From IMG/VR virus record IMGVR_UViG_3300015242_000254, positions 1 to 52,381 of that record: a stretch of DNA of 52,381 nucleotides. One strand, given 5' to 3'. The notes under the pieces were generated by a model. It saw only the letters and a list, made by a program, of their open reading frames with translations, did no database searches and was not told the DNA's origin. The position numbers and the translations under genes were made by a program. Position 1 is the first letter of the stretch, and the number at the start of each line of letters is the position of its first letter. The DNA is from a virus (lineage: Duplodnaviria > Caudoviricetes). This document shows positions 9,187-18,918 of this stretch, piece after piece.

Positions 9187-9611
9187 CCGGAGAACTTGAC
9201 CCCTGGGTGCACACCCAGATCCGGCTGGCGAAGGCTCAGGGTCTTCTGCAGGGGCGTGGGCTCAGCCTCGTGCAGGCTCACGCGATCTATCTGCTCGACT
9301 CGGTGGAGGTCATCCGCGAGAACAAGCAGGAGGACCGCGAGCTGAACCTCGCTCTGCTCGCGGCCGGATCGGTCTCCTTCGGCAAGCTCTTCCCGGAGTA
9401 CCTGGGCCAGACCCAGCCGCAAGAGGTCGGCCCGGACGACCTGGACTCGGCTCTGAACAACGAGGGCGACGAAGCGGGCCTGGTCCGCTACGCCTCCCCG
9501 CCCGAGGAGATGACCGAGGAGCGGATGAACGAGCTGCTCGGCCAGCTGATGGCTGAGAACTCCAACGGTTCGTTGAACGGCAGCGAGACGCGCAATGACG
9601 GGTGGATGTAA
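8665..9611 (+). CDS. Tail assembly chaperone, -1 frameshifted long form (gpGT-like)
   Basis: A -1 shift at 9168-9174 joins the chaperone to the open frame GTLSLTGELDPWVHTQIRLAK...NDGWM, which ends at 9611 and overlaps the tape-measure ATG. Confidence 0.75.
9168..9174 (+). other. Programmed -1 frameshift slippery site GGGGGAA
   Basis: CTG GGG GAA in frame 0; the downstream ORF is in the -1 frame and lacks an obvious start/RBS. Confidence 0.8.
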
Positions 9612-11908
9612 TGACCACCCCCGGTAGCGGCCAGCGCAGATCCAAGGGCCGTACGTCCACCGCGCAGAACGAACAGATGCAGCAGATCCTGCGCGACCTC
9701 ACCACGGCCGCGCAGATGATGGCGGTGGCCGGGCAGGAGAGCCGTGCGGTCGCGGACAGCATGATGCGCTCGCAGGACGGGCTCGACTACATCCTCGGCG
9801 GTCTCGCCGGTGGTGGAGATCCGGCCTGGTTCGGCGGAGCGCCCACCCCGCGCCGAAAGAAGAAGCAGCCGACTCAGGGGGATGCCCCTCGGGCAAAGGA
9901 CAACCAGTCCGATCGTCCGGTGCATGCCCAGCCAGCCAAGGCTCGCCCGCCTCAGCAGCTGCACCCGCGCAACCTCGGTCTGCAGGCCTACCAGGGAGCC
10001 GGGTCGCTGCAGGGCGGCAGCCACATCGGCCACATGCGCACCTTCGCGCGCCAGCGCATGGGCGAGTACATCCACCAGCGTCACGGTGCCGCGTCCGGCA
10101 GCTCGTTCATCCCGGCCGAGCGCGACGAGACGGGCAACATCACCTCCTACCACAAGTACAGCAACACCGGCCGCTTCCAGGGCACCGTCGGAGCCTCTGA
10201 GGAGGGCGTAGCCGGGGATGTGGCCAGCGCGGCCAGTCGGGCCCGCATCTCCGGCATCGGGGGCGCCCTGAGTGGCGAGGGGGCCATGGCGGGCCTGCGT
10301 GCGGTGCCCTACGTCGGTGGCGCGGTGATGGCGGCCGGTGCGCTGTGGGAGGGCGCCAACTTCGTCTCCAACCAGCGAGCGGCCAACTCGCAGTACCAGT
10401 CCATCTACGGCGGCTCGAACGTCGCCGGGATGGCTCAGCGAGCGCACGGTGTGGGATTCCAGGTCAGCTCGATGCTCGGCGGCGGCCTGAGCATGGGCGC
10501 CGCCGGTGAGGCCTACAAGGGCGTCTCGGCGCTCGGCTACGGCGGGGCGAACCGCAACCAGGCGCTCGGGTTCATCCAGAGCAACTACAAGACCATGGGC
10601 ATGGACGTCAAGTCGTCCATGGAGCTGATCTCGATCGCGTCCAAGAACGCCAGCGGCAACCTGATGGATCTGGAGAAGCAGCTGCGCGCGGTCAGTGACC
10701 AGGCCAAGGCCACCGGTCAGAACGCCAACGTGGTGCGCGAGGCGTTCGTCCAGAACTACGGCGCCTCCCAGCAGGCGGGCCTCGGCGCCCAGAGCAGCGG
10801 CATGGTCGCCCAGTCGGCTACCAACGTCACTGCCGGGATGGGCCGCCAGTACTCCGGGATCAACATGACCGGGATGCTCAGCCAGACCGGCATGACGATC
10901 GCGGCAGCCAACACGGGCATGACCTACAGCCAGTTCGTCGGCGCTTCGCAGAACAACCCGATGCTGGTGGCCGGGGCTCAGCAGGACATCATCAACCGCG
11001 CCTTCGACGCGGTGATCGACTCAGCTTCCAAGACGGCCATCCAGCAGATCATCCAGCAGCACGGCGGGAACAAGGCCGTGGTGGACAACCCCGGTGTGCA
11101 GCAGAGCATCGGAGCAGAGATCCTCAAGCAGGGGCTGCTCAACATCCCAGCACTGACCGGTGTGCTGTCCGGCTACGGCATCGACGTCAGCTCGCTCAAC
11201 CCGGTCAACGTCGCTGGCTGGGCCGTGGCCTGGGCCGCCGGTGGCGTCGACATCAAGAAGCAGACGGCCGCGCAGGTGAGCCAGACCCAGCAGCGTTCGA
11301 TCAGTGATCTCGCGCAGGGTAAGGGCATGCCCGCCGGGATGAGCCAGCACGGCACCGATGTACTGAAGGGGCAGGCCCAGCAGGCGCAGTACAAGGCCAA
11401 GTACGGCACGAGCGGCATAGGTAACGACCCCGGGCTCGCCTTCGACACCAAGAGCGGCATGTACGACCCGGTGATCGCCGAGCTGCAGAAGCGTTACGGG
11501 GCCGATCTCAAGCTCGGCGTGCAGACCGCCGACGGCTACCGCGAGGTCACTCTGGCCGAGGCCGCCGCGAAGTACCGCGACCAGCTGGTCAACGGCACCG
11601 CCGTGCTGGTCGACACCAAGCGTTCCGGAGACGCCAAGGGCCAGACAGTGGGCGACGTGGTCGGCACCGAGCAGGGAGCCAAGACCACCGACACCACCAC
11701 GTCGAAGGCCACCGTCGGCAAGAAGGACCAGAAGGACCTGCAGCAGCTGGGATTGGAGACCGGTGGGAAGGGCGGCAATGGCGGACAGGTAGGCGTCTAC
11801 ATCGACATGACGCCCGAGCTGAAGAAGTACCTCAACATCACCACGACCGGCAATCCCGTCGTCAACGCCGGAGCGGCAGCCAACGTCCCGCCGAAGGCGC
11901 CACGCTGA
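9611..11908 (+). CDS. Tape measure protein
   Basis: ~765 aa, Ala/Gly/Gln-rich, directly after the chaperones; TAATG overlap favours a start at 9611 (alternative GTG at 9602). Confidence 0.75.
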   Translation: MTTPGSGQRRSKGRTSTAQNEQMQQILRDLTTAAQMMAVAGQESRAVADSMMRSQDGLDYILGGLAGGGDPAWFGGAPTPRRKKKQPTQGDAPRAKDNQSDRPVHAQPAKARPPQQLHPRNLGLQAYQGAGSLQGGSHIGHMRTFARQRMGEYIHQRHGAASGSSFIPAERDETGNITSYHKYSNTGRFQGTVGASEEGVAGDVASAASRARISGIGGALSGEGAMAGLRAVPYVGGAVMAAGALWEGANFVSNQRAANSQYQSIYGGSNVAGMAQRAHGVGFQVSSMLGGGLSMGAAGEAYKGVSALGYGGANRNQALGFIQSNYKTMGMDVKSSMELISIASKNASGNLMDLEKQLRAVSDQAKATGQNANVVREAFVQNYGASQQAGLGAQSSGMVAQSATNVTAGMGRQYSGINMTGMLSQTGMTIAAANTGMTYSQFVGASQNNPMLVAGAQQDIINRAFDAVIDSASKTAIQQIIQQHGGNKAVVDNPGVQQSIGAEILKQGLLNIPALTGVLSGYGIDVSSLNPVNVAGWAVAWAAGGVDIKKQTAAQVSQTQQRSISDLAQGKGMPAGMSQHGTDVLKGQAQQAQYKAKYGTSGIGNDPGLAFDTKSGMYDPVIAELQKRYGADLKLGVQTADGYREVTLAEAAAKYRDQLVNGTAVLVDTKRSGDAKGQTVGDVVGTEQGAKTTDTTTSKATVGKKDQKDLQQLGLETGGKGGNGGQVGVYIDMTPELKKYLNITTTGNPVVNAGAAANVPPKAPR

Positions 11909-12588
11909 TGGCCTTCGCGCAGCTCGGCGACCTGAAGTGGCGGATCGACCCCAACGAGATCTCGTGGGACTACCAGATCGACGCTAACCGCATCGAGACC
12001 CTCGGCGGCCAGGTGGTGCAGATCCTCGGTGCCACTCTGGGCGATGTCACGATCTCCGGCGACTTCGGACAGGACCGCACGCACAAGCAGGAGAGCTGGC
12101 AGCTCGCGCTCGCGTTCAACAAGAAGATCCAGCAGATGATGGATCAGCAGACGCTCCCGGCCAAGCGCGTCACCATCGGAACCAAGGGCGTCGGTACCGG
12201 CGTCGGCTCGATCCTGAACAAGAACACCGATGCCGCAGTGGTCCACCAGCCAGTGACCTTCAGCTACATGGACGGCGTGCACAACTGGCAGTTCAAGGTC
12301 TTGATCAAGTCCATTGTGGACAGTGACGGATCAGGCGCAGCCGTCACCCACTCCACCGGCAAGTACTCCTACGGCTACCAGCTCACGCTGTTCATCGTCG
12401 AGGCGCAGACAGACATCATCAAGAAGATCGCAACCGATGCCTACATCGCCCGGATCTCCAACGGACTCGGCTGGAAGCAGTCCAAGTTCAACGGGCCACT
12501 GACCGGCGCCCAGGCAGCTGCGTTCATCCAGGCGCACGGGGGAAGCGTCACCGCCTACCTTGGTGGCATCCTGACCGGAGGAGCCTGA
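11908..12588 (+). CDS. Minor tail / tube-initiator-like protein
   Basis: TGATG coupling; RIDPNEISWDY...ETLGGQVVQILG...VTISG pattern. Confidence 0.65.
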   Translation: MAFAQLGDLKWRIDPNEISWDYQIDANRIETLGGQVVQILGATLGDVTISGDFGQDRTHKQESWQLALAFNKKIQQMMDQQTLPAKRVTIGTKGVGTGVGSILNKNTDAAVVHQPVTFSYMDGVHNWQFKVLIKSIVDSDGSGAAVTHSTGKYSYGYQLTLFIVEAQTDIIKKIATDAYIARISNGLGWKQSKFNGPLTGAQAAAFIQAHGGSVTAYLGGILTGGA

Positions 12589-12590
12589 GC

Positions 12591-12785
12591 ATGATCAACG
12601 ACCAGACCGAGACCAGCTGGGCCTGCGACGTTCCGGTGTCACTGCCCGAGCCGACCCCGATCAGTGACGTCCTGCTGAACATGGGTACCCACGTCTTCAC
12701 CGAGAACGGCCTGATGTTCAACGTCACCAAGGCTGACCTGCAGGAGTACTCGATGCCCACCTGGGGCCCGCAGGAGGTCATCTGA
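12591..12785 (+). CDS. Small hypothetical tail-module protein
   Basis: GGAGGAG RBS; TGATG coupling to the next gene. Confidence 0.6.
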   Translation: MINDQTETSWACDVPVSLPEPTPISDVLLNMGTHVFTENGLMFNVTKADLQEYSMPTWGPQEVI

Positions 12786-13441
12786 TGGGCAGCTTCAGCC
12801 ACAGCCACGCCAACGCTGCGCTCACCTATTCCAATCGAGGGGTCAACCTCGCCAAGGCGCGCGTTCCGAAGATGTCCTTCACCTACGCCCAGAACTCCGA
12901 GGAGAGCCACGCCCGACAGCACCGCGCCTACTACCCGCACCGACGCAGCCAGGGCAACTTCTCGCTCACCTTCGCCTGCAACGGCTGGCGAGAGTTCAAC
13001 CAGCTGGTGGCCTGGTTCCGCGACTACGCGAACATCGTGCTCAATCTCGACGCGGCGGCCGTACCTCCTCCGATGACGGTCGCCGTGCCCTCGCGCAACT
13101 TCCTCCGACTGGGGATCCCCAGCACTGGCCTGCAGTACGGGGACCACATCGGGTCGCTGGTGTTCAACCCGACGATCGACTTCCTGTCGGTGTCTGATCC
13201 TGGTGACTCCTCGACCGCGATCCTGAAGATCAATCAGGTGTCCGGACAGAGCGACGAGAGCGGCAGGGCAGCCAAGCCTTCCTACTTCTACCCGACGCAG
13301 ATCGGCAAGCTGGAGAAGTATCTCTACGACCAGGGGGCTGCTCAGCGTGTCGCTACCGCAGCCGAGCTTGCCGCCGAGATCTCAGCCACCATCAGCTCGG
13401 ACAACAAGCGCCGCCAGCAGGAAGACTTCCTGGGGATCTGA
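12785..13441 (+). CDS. Minor tail / baseplate protein
   Basis: 218 aa coupled ORF in the tail operon. Confidence 0.65.
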   Translation: MGSFSHSHANAALTYSNRGVNLAKARVPKMSFTYAQNSEESHARQHRAYYPHRRSQGNFSLTFACNGWREFNQLVAWFRDYANIVLNLDAAAVPPPMTVAVPSRNFLRLGIPSTGLQYGDHIGSLVFNPTIDFLSVSDPGDSSTAILKINQVSGQSDESGRAAKPSYFYPTQIGKLEKYLYDQGAAQRVATAAELAAEISATISSDNKRRQQEDFLGI

Positions 13442-13960
13442 TGGCGACGTCAACGATGCCAGTTAGGGCGCCCGTGAAGGCATGCGCGCGAGCAGTAAGT
13501 TCCAGCTCTCTTCTTGGCTTGGCTCTTCACCATCGATGCTCTGATCAAGAAGGGGTCGCCACAGGTACCACAGATGCGCTCGACAGCCAGATGTCTCTTG
13601 CCATTGCTGTCCGTCAGCGTGAGTTTACCATCGAGCTTGCGCTCGCTATTGCGGTGAATGTTGCAGCCTTGACACGACGGCACGAGATTCTCGGGATCAT
13701 TGTTGCTGGGATCTCCGTCGACATGATCAGCGATCAACGATCCAGGTTTCGTACGACCACCCGGTATCCACTCCACCGATTTGCCGCACCAATGGCACGG
13801 ATGAGCTCCCGGACCGACCTTTTCGTAGAGGATGACGCGATGCTCGGGCAGACGAATCCCTCCCCCTGGCGGGATCAGCGGATGCCCCGTGCGCTTGACA
13901 TATCGATAGGGAGAGGTCGCCACGCGGACAGGGTACATCAAGGAGTGTGGCCATGGCGAC
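13441..13960. mobile_element. HNH cassette bounded by the 8-bp direct repeat ATGGCGAC
   Basis: ATGGCGAC at 13441-13448 and 13953-13960; removing one copy plus the insert restores TGATG coupling between the two tail genes. Confidence 0.55.
13450..13941 (-). CDS. HNH endonuclease, antisense insertion in the tail operon
   Basis: EHRVI, CHWCG, ADHVDGDPSNNDPENLVPSCQGCN, and C-terminal CGTCG...YCSRAC. Confidence 0.9.
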   Translation of the reverse strand: MMYPVRVATSPYRYVKRTGHPLIPPGGGIRLPEHRVILYEKVGPGAHPCHWCGKSVEWIPGGRTKPGSLIADHVDGDPSNNDPENLVPSCQGCNIHRNSERKLDGKLTLTDSNGKRHLAVERICGTCGDPFLIRASMVKSQAKKRAGTYCSRACLHGRPNWHR

Positions 13961-16520
13961 TTTGATCTACGCTCCCGGCATCAAGGTGCACGTGGAGACC
14001 ACGGCCGGAATCCTCGATCTCACCGAGGACATCGCGAACTGGCAGCTGCAGTTGGCCGAGAACGCGGTGCACGTGTTCAGCTTCCAGCTGCAGAACGCCC
14101 AGCGTAAGTACGACGGTCGGCTGCTGCCGATGGACCGCATCTCCATCCAGCTCAAGCGCCTGACCTGGATGCAGACCATGACCGGCTATCTCAACGACGG
14201 GCCGATCTTCCAGGCGTGGCCGGGCACCCTGGATATGACCGCGAGCTGCACGCTCAAGATCCCGCAGTTCTGGTCGTGGGATCCCACCACGGCCGACTCC
14301 GGCGCACTCATGGCGAAGTACCTCTCCAGCTCCAACGGCATCACCCAGGCAGACTCGGTGGCCGGTGATCGCAACCTGTCCAAGCTCGTGGTGGAGAGCC
14401 TCGCGCAGGTCGTGGGCTGGCCGCGCTCGCGCATCCACATCGGAGCGGTGCCCAACACCTGGTTCAAGTTCGCCTCCAGAGTCGGTGCGCTGATCAAGAA
14501 GGACACCGACATGTCCGCGCTGATCGGCTCGACCGCGACCGTGGGTGGCACGGCTTCCGGCACTCTGCGGGTGAACATCCCGGCCGGGACCTACCTCGGC
14601 ATCGGGCTCAACACCGTCCAGGCGCACAACGCTTCGATCATCTACAACACCACCAAGTTCGTCGCGAACATGTCCAGCCGCGACGCAGTGATGGCGCTGA
14701 TGACCGCGATGCAGGAATCGACCATGCTCAACCTCGCGAACTCCGGCGACCCGACCTCGCTCGCGATCCCGCACGACGGAGTGGGATCCGACCACGACTC
14801 AGTGGGGCTGTTCCAGCAGCGCCCGAGCTGGGGCTCGACTCAGGAGCGCATGACTCCCGCCACCGCGACCCAGCTGTTCCTCAAGCGACTGGCCGCCGTC
14901 GAGGGCCCACAGCAGAACCAGAACCCGAACAGCGACACCGACCTGATCCAGACGGTGCAGGTCTCGGCCAACGGCAGCGCCTATGCCAAGTGGCAGAAGT
15001 TCGCCGAGGCGCTCGTCAAGATCGCCGATCAGCTGTCCACCGGCAAGGCCCCGTCCTCGACCGACAACGGGCTCGGCGGCGTAGGAAACATCAGCACCTC
15101 GGGCAAGACGATGGGCGCGCAGGTAGCCAAGGTCGCCTACGACCTGATCAAGGACCACCTGACCAACCCGATCATCTACTCGGGTGCCGAGTCCGGCTAC
15201 AAGGACGACCCGCCCGAGACGCCTGTGCACGACGTGAAGTCATTGGACTGCTCCTCGCTCGTCGACTGGGTCTACTACCAGTCCACCGGCACGCGGCTGT
15301 TCCCGACCGGACGAGGCACTGCCGCCAGCCAGTACGCCAAGTGCCCGATCAAGATCCCGCTCAGCCTCGCGCGCTATGTGCAGGGTGCGGCGCTGTTCAT
15401 TGGCGGTGCCGCTGCTCACCACGTCGGACTCTCCTTGGGCGACAATCGGCACGTCGCCGCGCACGACCGCTACTCGGACCCGAAGAAGGACGTCGATGTC
15501 TCACCGATCGACTCGGGTGGTGGTTTCGACTCGGCTGGTCTGCTGCCAGGGATCGATTACTCCGCAGCAGCTACCACGCAAGCAGCAGCCAGCCAGCTCA
15601 AGACCTACCTGAAGACCGCGACCTCGGTCGGGCCCAATCTCTTCGATGTCAACAACCCATCAGTCACCGCCGACGGCAGCGGTGAGAACAAGGCGTTCAA
15701 CGCGCTGCTCAACATCCTGACCTTCAATGCCACCACCGACCAGCTGGGGAACCAGCTCGGCGGCCGACGTGCACTGATCAATGATCAGCCGTTCCTGCCC
15801 TGGCTGCAGAACCTGATCAACGCCTCGATGCGCAGCTTCTGCTCGGCCCCCAACGGCGACTTCATCTCCTGGTTCCCTGACTACTTCGGCCTGTGGGGAA
15901 CGGCCGCCGTCATGAACGTGCAGATGATCGAGCTGCAGGACTTCAGCGTGATGTGGTCGGACCAGCAGATGGTTACCCACCAGTTCTTCATCGGCAACCC
16001 GAGCGCGACGACGTTCGACCAAGGTACAGCCGGGCTCGGTATCTCAGATCCCGTCGGGCAGATCAGCCAGTACTCGCTGTTCGCTGCCACCTCGGGCATC
16101 GCCACGATGGACTACCCGGAGATTTTCGAAGTGATCTACGGCAAGGCCGCGAGCCCGGCTTGGACTGCGGCCTTCCTCAAGCGCTTCGGTGCTCGTCCGG
16201 ATGTCGAGCAGCTCCCTCAGATCCAGCAAGGTGCGCCGGAGTTCTTTATGGCCCTCTACCTGTTCATGCGGCGCTGGGCTGGCATGTTCACCGCGACGAT
16301 CCCACTCACCTTCATGCCAGAGATCTTTCCGGGCATGTTGTTGCGGATCCCCGACTTCGGCTTCCAGTGCTACGTCACCGGCGTGACGCACCAGGGCTCC
16401 TACGGGCAGGGCGGCAGCTTCACCACCACGGTCGAAGTCTGCGCGCCCTCGAACACCGGATCGTCCGACCGCAGCGACCTGCTCGCGCTGCTGCCCCAGG
16501 GAGGGAAGCCTTTCAAATGA
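13953..16520 (+). CDS. Baseplate hub / tail-associated peptidoglycan hydrolase (lysozyme-like + NlpC/P60 domains)
   Basis: AGGAG RBS; ALMTAMQES...DHDSVGLFQQRPSWG (lysozyme-like); LDCSSLVDWVY...HHVGL (NlpC/P60); C-terminal hub motif FMPEIFPGM...YVTGVTH. Confidence 0.85.
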   Translation: MATLIYAPGIKVHVETTAGILDLTEDIANWQLQLAENAVHVFSFQLQNAQRKYDGRLLPMDRISIQLKRLTWMQTMTGYLNDGPIFQAWPGTLDMTASCTLKIPQFWSWDPTTADSGALMAKYLSSSNGITQADSVAGDRNLSKLVVESLAQVVGWPRSRIHIGAVPNTWFKFASRVGALIKKDTDMSALIGSTATVGGTASGTLRVNIPAGTYLGIGLNTVQAHNASIIYNTTKFVANMSSRDAVMALMTAMQESTMLNLANSGDPTSLAIPHDGVGSDHDSVGLFQQRPSWGSTQERMTPATATQLFLKRLAAVEGPQQNQNPNSDTDLIQTVQVSANGSAYAKWQKFAEALVKIADQLSTGKAPSSTDNGLGGVGNISTSGKTMGAQVAKVAYDLIKDHLTNPIIYSGAESGYKDDPPETPVHDVKSLDCSSLVDWVYYQSTGTRLFPTGRGTAASQYAKCPIKIPLSLARYVQGAALFIGGAAAHHVGLSLGDNRHVAAHDRYSDPKKDVDVSPIDSGGGFDSAGLLPGIDYSAAATTQAAASQLKTYLKTATSVGPNLFDVNNPSVTADGSGENKAFNALLNILTFNATTDQLGNQLGGRRALINDQPFLPWLQNLINASMRSFCSAPNGDFISWFPDYFGLWGTAAVMNVQMIELQDFSVMWSDQQMVTHQFFIGNPSATTFDQGTAGLGISDPVGQISQYSLFAATSGIATMDYPEIFEVIYGKAASPAWTAAFLKRFGARPDVEQLPQIQQGAPEFFMALYLFMRRWAGMFTATIPLTFMPEIFPGMLLRIPDFGFQCYVTGVTHQGSYGQGGSFTTTVEVCAPSNTGSSDRSDLLALLPQGGKPFK

Positions 16521-18406
16521 ACCAACCAGTTCAGCTCAAGACGCCGACCGGCACTGCCAACGGGTCGGGCACCTCCTACAGCCGAGGCAAGGTTCTCGGT
16601 ATCGCCGGAGTCATTGCTCAGGTGCAACTGCCGACCGGCGAGGTCGTACAGGTGCGTACGGACTTCCTACGCGGCAAGAGCGGGCCGCCACTGGCCGGAG
16701 AGATCTGGATCCTCGACCAGCTCTACGGGCAGTGGATGTTCGCTGTGCCGGTCGGCATCGTGGGTGGCGGTGGGGCGCTGTCCGCGCTCACCGACGTCGT
16801 CCTCACGAGCCCCAGCAACGGCCAGGCGCTCGTCTACGACTCGGCCCTGACCAAGTGGAAGAACGCGGTCCCGACGGCCGCTGCTGTGCCGTACAAGTCC
16901 TTCCTGGGCATCGCTGAGCGGGCGCTGGCATTCCTCAGCTACCAGACGAAGCCTTTCCTCGGGGTCAGTGCCGCTGCTGATTCCACTGTGGTCCTGAGCA
17001 GGCCCTATCCGTTCACCTTCACCGGCATCGTCAGCGGGTACTTCGACGCGGGCTCCTACACCCCCTCGGGCACCGTCACGGCCACGCTGGTGCTCTGCAC
17101 GAATACTGCCGTCACTTCCAGCGCAGCGACCGCCACGGTGGCCTCTGACGGCTCCTTCAGCTTCGGCTCGGCCGCCCGCAACGGTTTCAAGAGCGTGCGT
17201 ATCACCGACAGCAACGGCACCATCGCTGACTCGACCAAGTCCCCGGGTACCCTTCGTTCGATCTACGCCCCGTTCAGCGGCGGAGCCAACGGGACGCAGC
17301 CAGCCTTGACCGGCAAGAACGACACAGTCACCTACGCCTACGACCAAGCGGTCGCCATGCTCGCCGCGCTCGCCATGGGGCGGCTGGAGCTGGCTCAGCG
17401 GCTCTACGGTGGTCTCTGGCGGCAAGAGATCCCCTACTCGGCTACCAACTGGGGCTCCTGGCCGGTCATGACCGAGCAGCTCACACCGGACACCTTCAGC
17501 AATGTATTCCGACTCGACGCGCAGGGAATGGCGCTGTACGCGGTTGGTGCCTATGGTTCGGCAGCCAGCTTCGGCGACGAGATCTTCGGCTACCCCTGGA
17601 CGACTAGTCTCTCGGGCTTCGGACTCACTCCATTCACGCAAGGGGGCACGGGGCTCTACCAGTTCGGCAGCGGTACTTATCCGGTCAACACAGCTGGGTA
17701 CGCACCCATCGGTTCCGAACAGTCAGCTTCGGCCTACACCGCCGACGGCAACATGATGGCCTGGCTCGGCATCACCAAGGCTCGCCAGCTCATCCAGGCT
17801 GGCCCGATCGGCACGGCGACTGATTTGCAGGTAGCCATCATGGCCAGCCTGTGGAACGCAGGGCAGAACCGCTTCAACCGAGATTTGGCCAACTCGACCG
17901 CCGACCCGCTGCGCAACCGCATCCTCGGATACTTCTTCCTGCGCGGCATCGGTCGCAGCGAGGCGCCCAACCTCATCACCGACGCCGCGCTCACTCCGTA
18001 CAAGCACACGAGTCCCTACAGCGGGGCTAAGGGCTACTCGGCCTACCGCACCCAGGCTGAGTACCCGAACGCAAGCTACCCAATCTGGACCGAAGGTACG
18101 TTGTTGCTTGCGCTCGCCTTTCTGGTCAGTGGAGACACCAGCCGCTGGGCTCAGACCATCTCCGACCTGTTCATCGTGTCGACGGGCGTCGATGACCAGC
18201 GAGAGAACGGCGGCCCAACCGCCAACGTGGGGATCTATTTCCGCGACGTCCAGCGCATCCAGAGCACGCTTGGCGGCATTCCTTATATCCTGCCCGACTC
18301 CTCCACGGCCTTCGACTACCCGAATACCAACACCTTCAGTTGGTCCACCGCGAGCGCGGCAGCAGCCATCTTCGCGATCACCGGCGGAGGCATCTTCGGG
18401 ATCTAA
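16517..18406 (+). CDS. Putative baseplate spike (OB-like N-terminus) fused to a six-hairpin-glycosidase-like domain
   Basis: ATGA overlap at 16517; GKVLGI...PLAGEIWI; linker LSALTDVVLTSPSNGQALVYD; YAYDQAVAMLA, IWTEGTLLLALA, STASAA motifs. Confidence 0.6.
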   Translation: MNQPVQLKTPTGTANGSGTSYSRGKVLGIAGVIAQVQLPTGEVVQVRTDFLRGKSGPPLAGEIWILDQLYGQWMFAVPVGIVGGGGALSALTDVVLTSPSNGQALVYDSALTKWKNAVPTAAAVPYKSFLGIAERALAFLSYQTKPFLGVSAAADSTVVLSRPYPFTFTGIVSGYFDAGSYTPSGTVTATLVLCTNTAVTSSAATATVASDGSFSFGSAARNGFKSVRITDSNGTIADSTKSPGTLRSIYAPFSGGANGTQPALTGKNDTVTYAYDQAVAMLAALAMGRLELAQRLYGGLWRQEIPYSATNWGSWPVMTEQLTPDTFSNVFRLDAQGMALYAVGAYGSAASFGDEIFGYPWTTSLSGFGLTPFTQGGTGLYQFGSGTYPVNTAGYAPIGSEQSASAYTADGNMMAWLGITKARQLIQAGPIGTATDLQVAIMASLWNAGQNRFNRDLANSTADPLRNRILGYFFLRGIGRSEAPNLITDAALTPYKHTSPYSGAKGYSAYRTQAEYPNASYPIWTEGTLLLALAFLVSGDTSRWAQTISDLFIVSTGVDDQRENGGPTANVGIYFRDVQRIQSTLGGIPYILPDSSTAFDYPNTNTFSWSTASAAAAIFAITGGGIFGI

Positions 18407-18409
18407 GAA

Positions 18410-18447
18410 TCTGTCCGCCGACCACTTCGGGCGACGGAAGTAATGAG
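18410..18447 (+). promoter_or_regulatory. Putative phage late promoter, copy 2
   Basis: TCTGTC...GAAGTAATGAG; CTG at 18411 and GAAG at 18437 (26-nt offset); intergenic. Confidence 0.55.
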
Positions 18448-18459
18448 CTTGGAGGTGGG

Positions 18460-18888
18460 ATGCAGACACTCGCGCTGGTGCAGGGGGACCTCGTCCTCAA
18501 TTCTGGCTCATACCTGACCTTTTCGGGCCCGGATAAGATCCGCCAGGATCTCGATCTCGCACTCAACGAGGCCTACGGCGCGGATCAGTTCCACCCGCTG
18601 TGGGGATCGATCCTCGACCGCTTCATGGGCCAGCCGATCACCAGCTCGCTCAAGCAAGCGGTGCTCAACGAGGTCACTCGGGTCTTGAAGAACTACATCA
18701 CGGTGCAGATCGACGACGTCTCCTCCGACACCGTCGCCAACACCCGCAGCCGCTACGACACCGGCGACGTCGTGCAGTCGGTCGAATCGATCAACGCCGT
18801 GGTGTCCTTCGACCGGATCACGGTCACGGTAGTGCTGCAGACTCTGTCCAACCAGACCATCACCATCCAGCGACAGGTCATCGCATGA
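18460..18888 (+). CDS. Baseplate wedge protein (gp25-like)
   Basis: GGAGG RBS; GDLVL...DKIRQDL..AL.E.YGADQFHPLWGSIL; precedes baseplate J. Confidence 0.8.
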   Translation: MQTLALVQGDLVLNSGSYLTFSGPDKIRQDLDLALNEAYGADQFHPLWGSILDRFMGQPITSSLKQAVLNEVTRVLKNYITVQIDDVSSDTVANTRSRYDTGDVVQSVESINAVVSFDRITVTVVLQTLSNQTITIQRQVIA

Positions 18889-18918
18889 TGCTCACCGCCA
18901 ACGACCCGGAGGCTCACC

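Noticed and set aside
13441-13965. Plus-strand 174-aa ORF
   Set aside because: It is the antisense shadow of the motif-complete HNH gene and starts only because of the duplicated ATGGCGAC.
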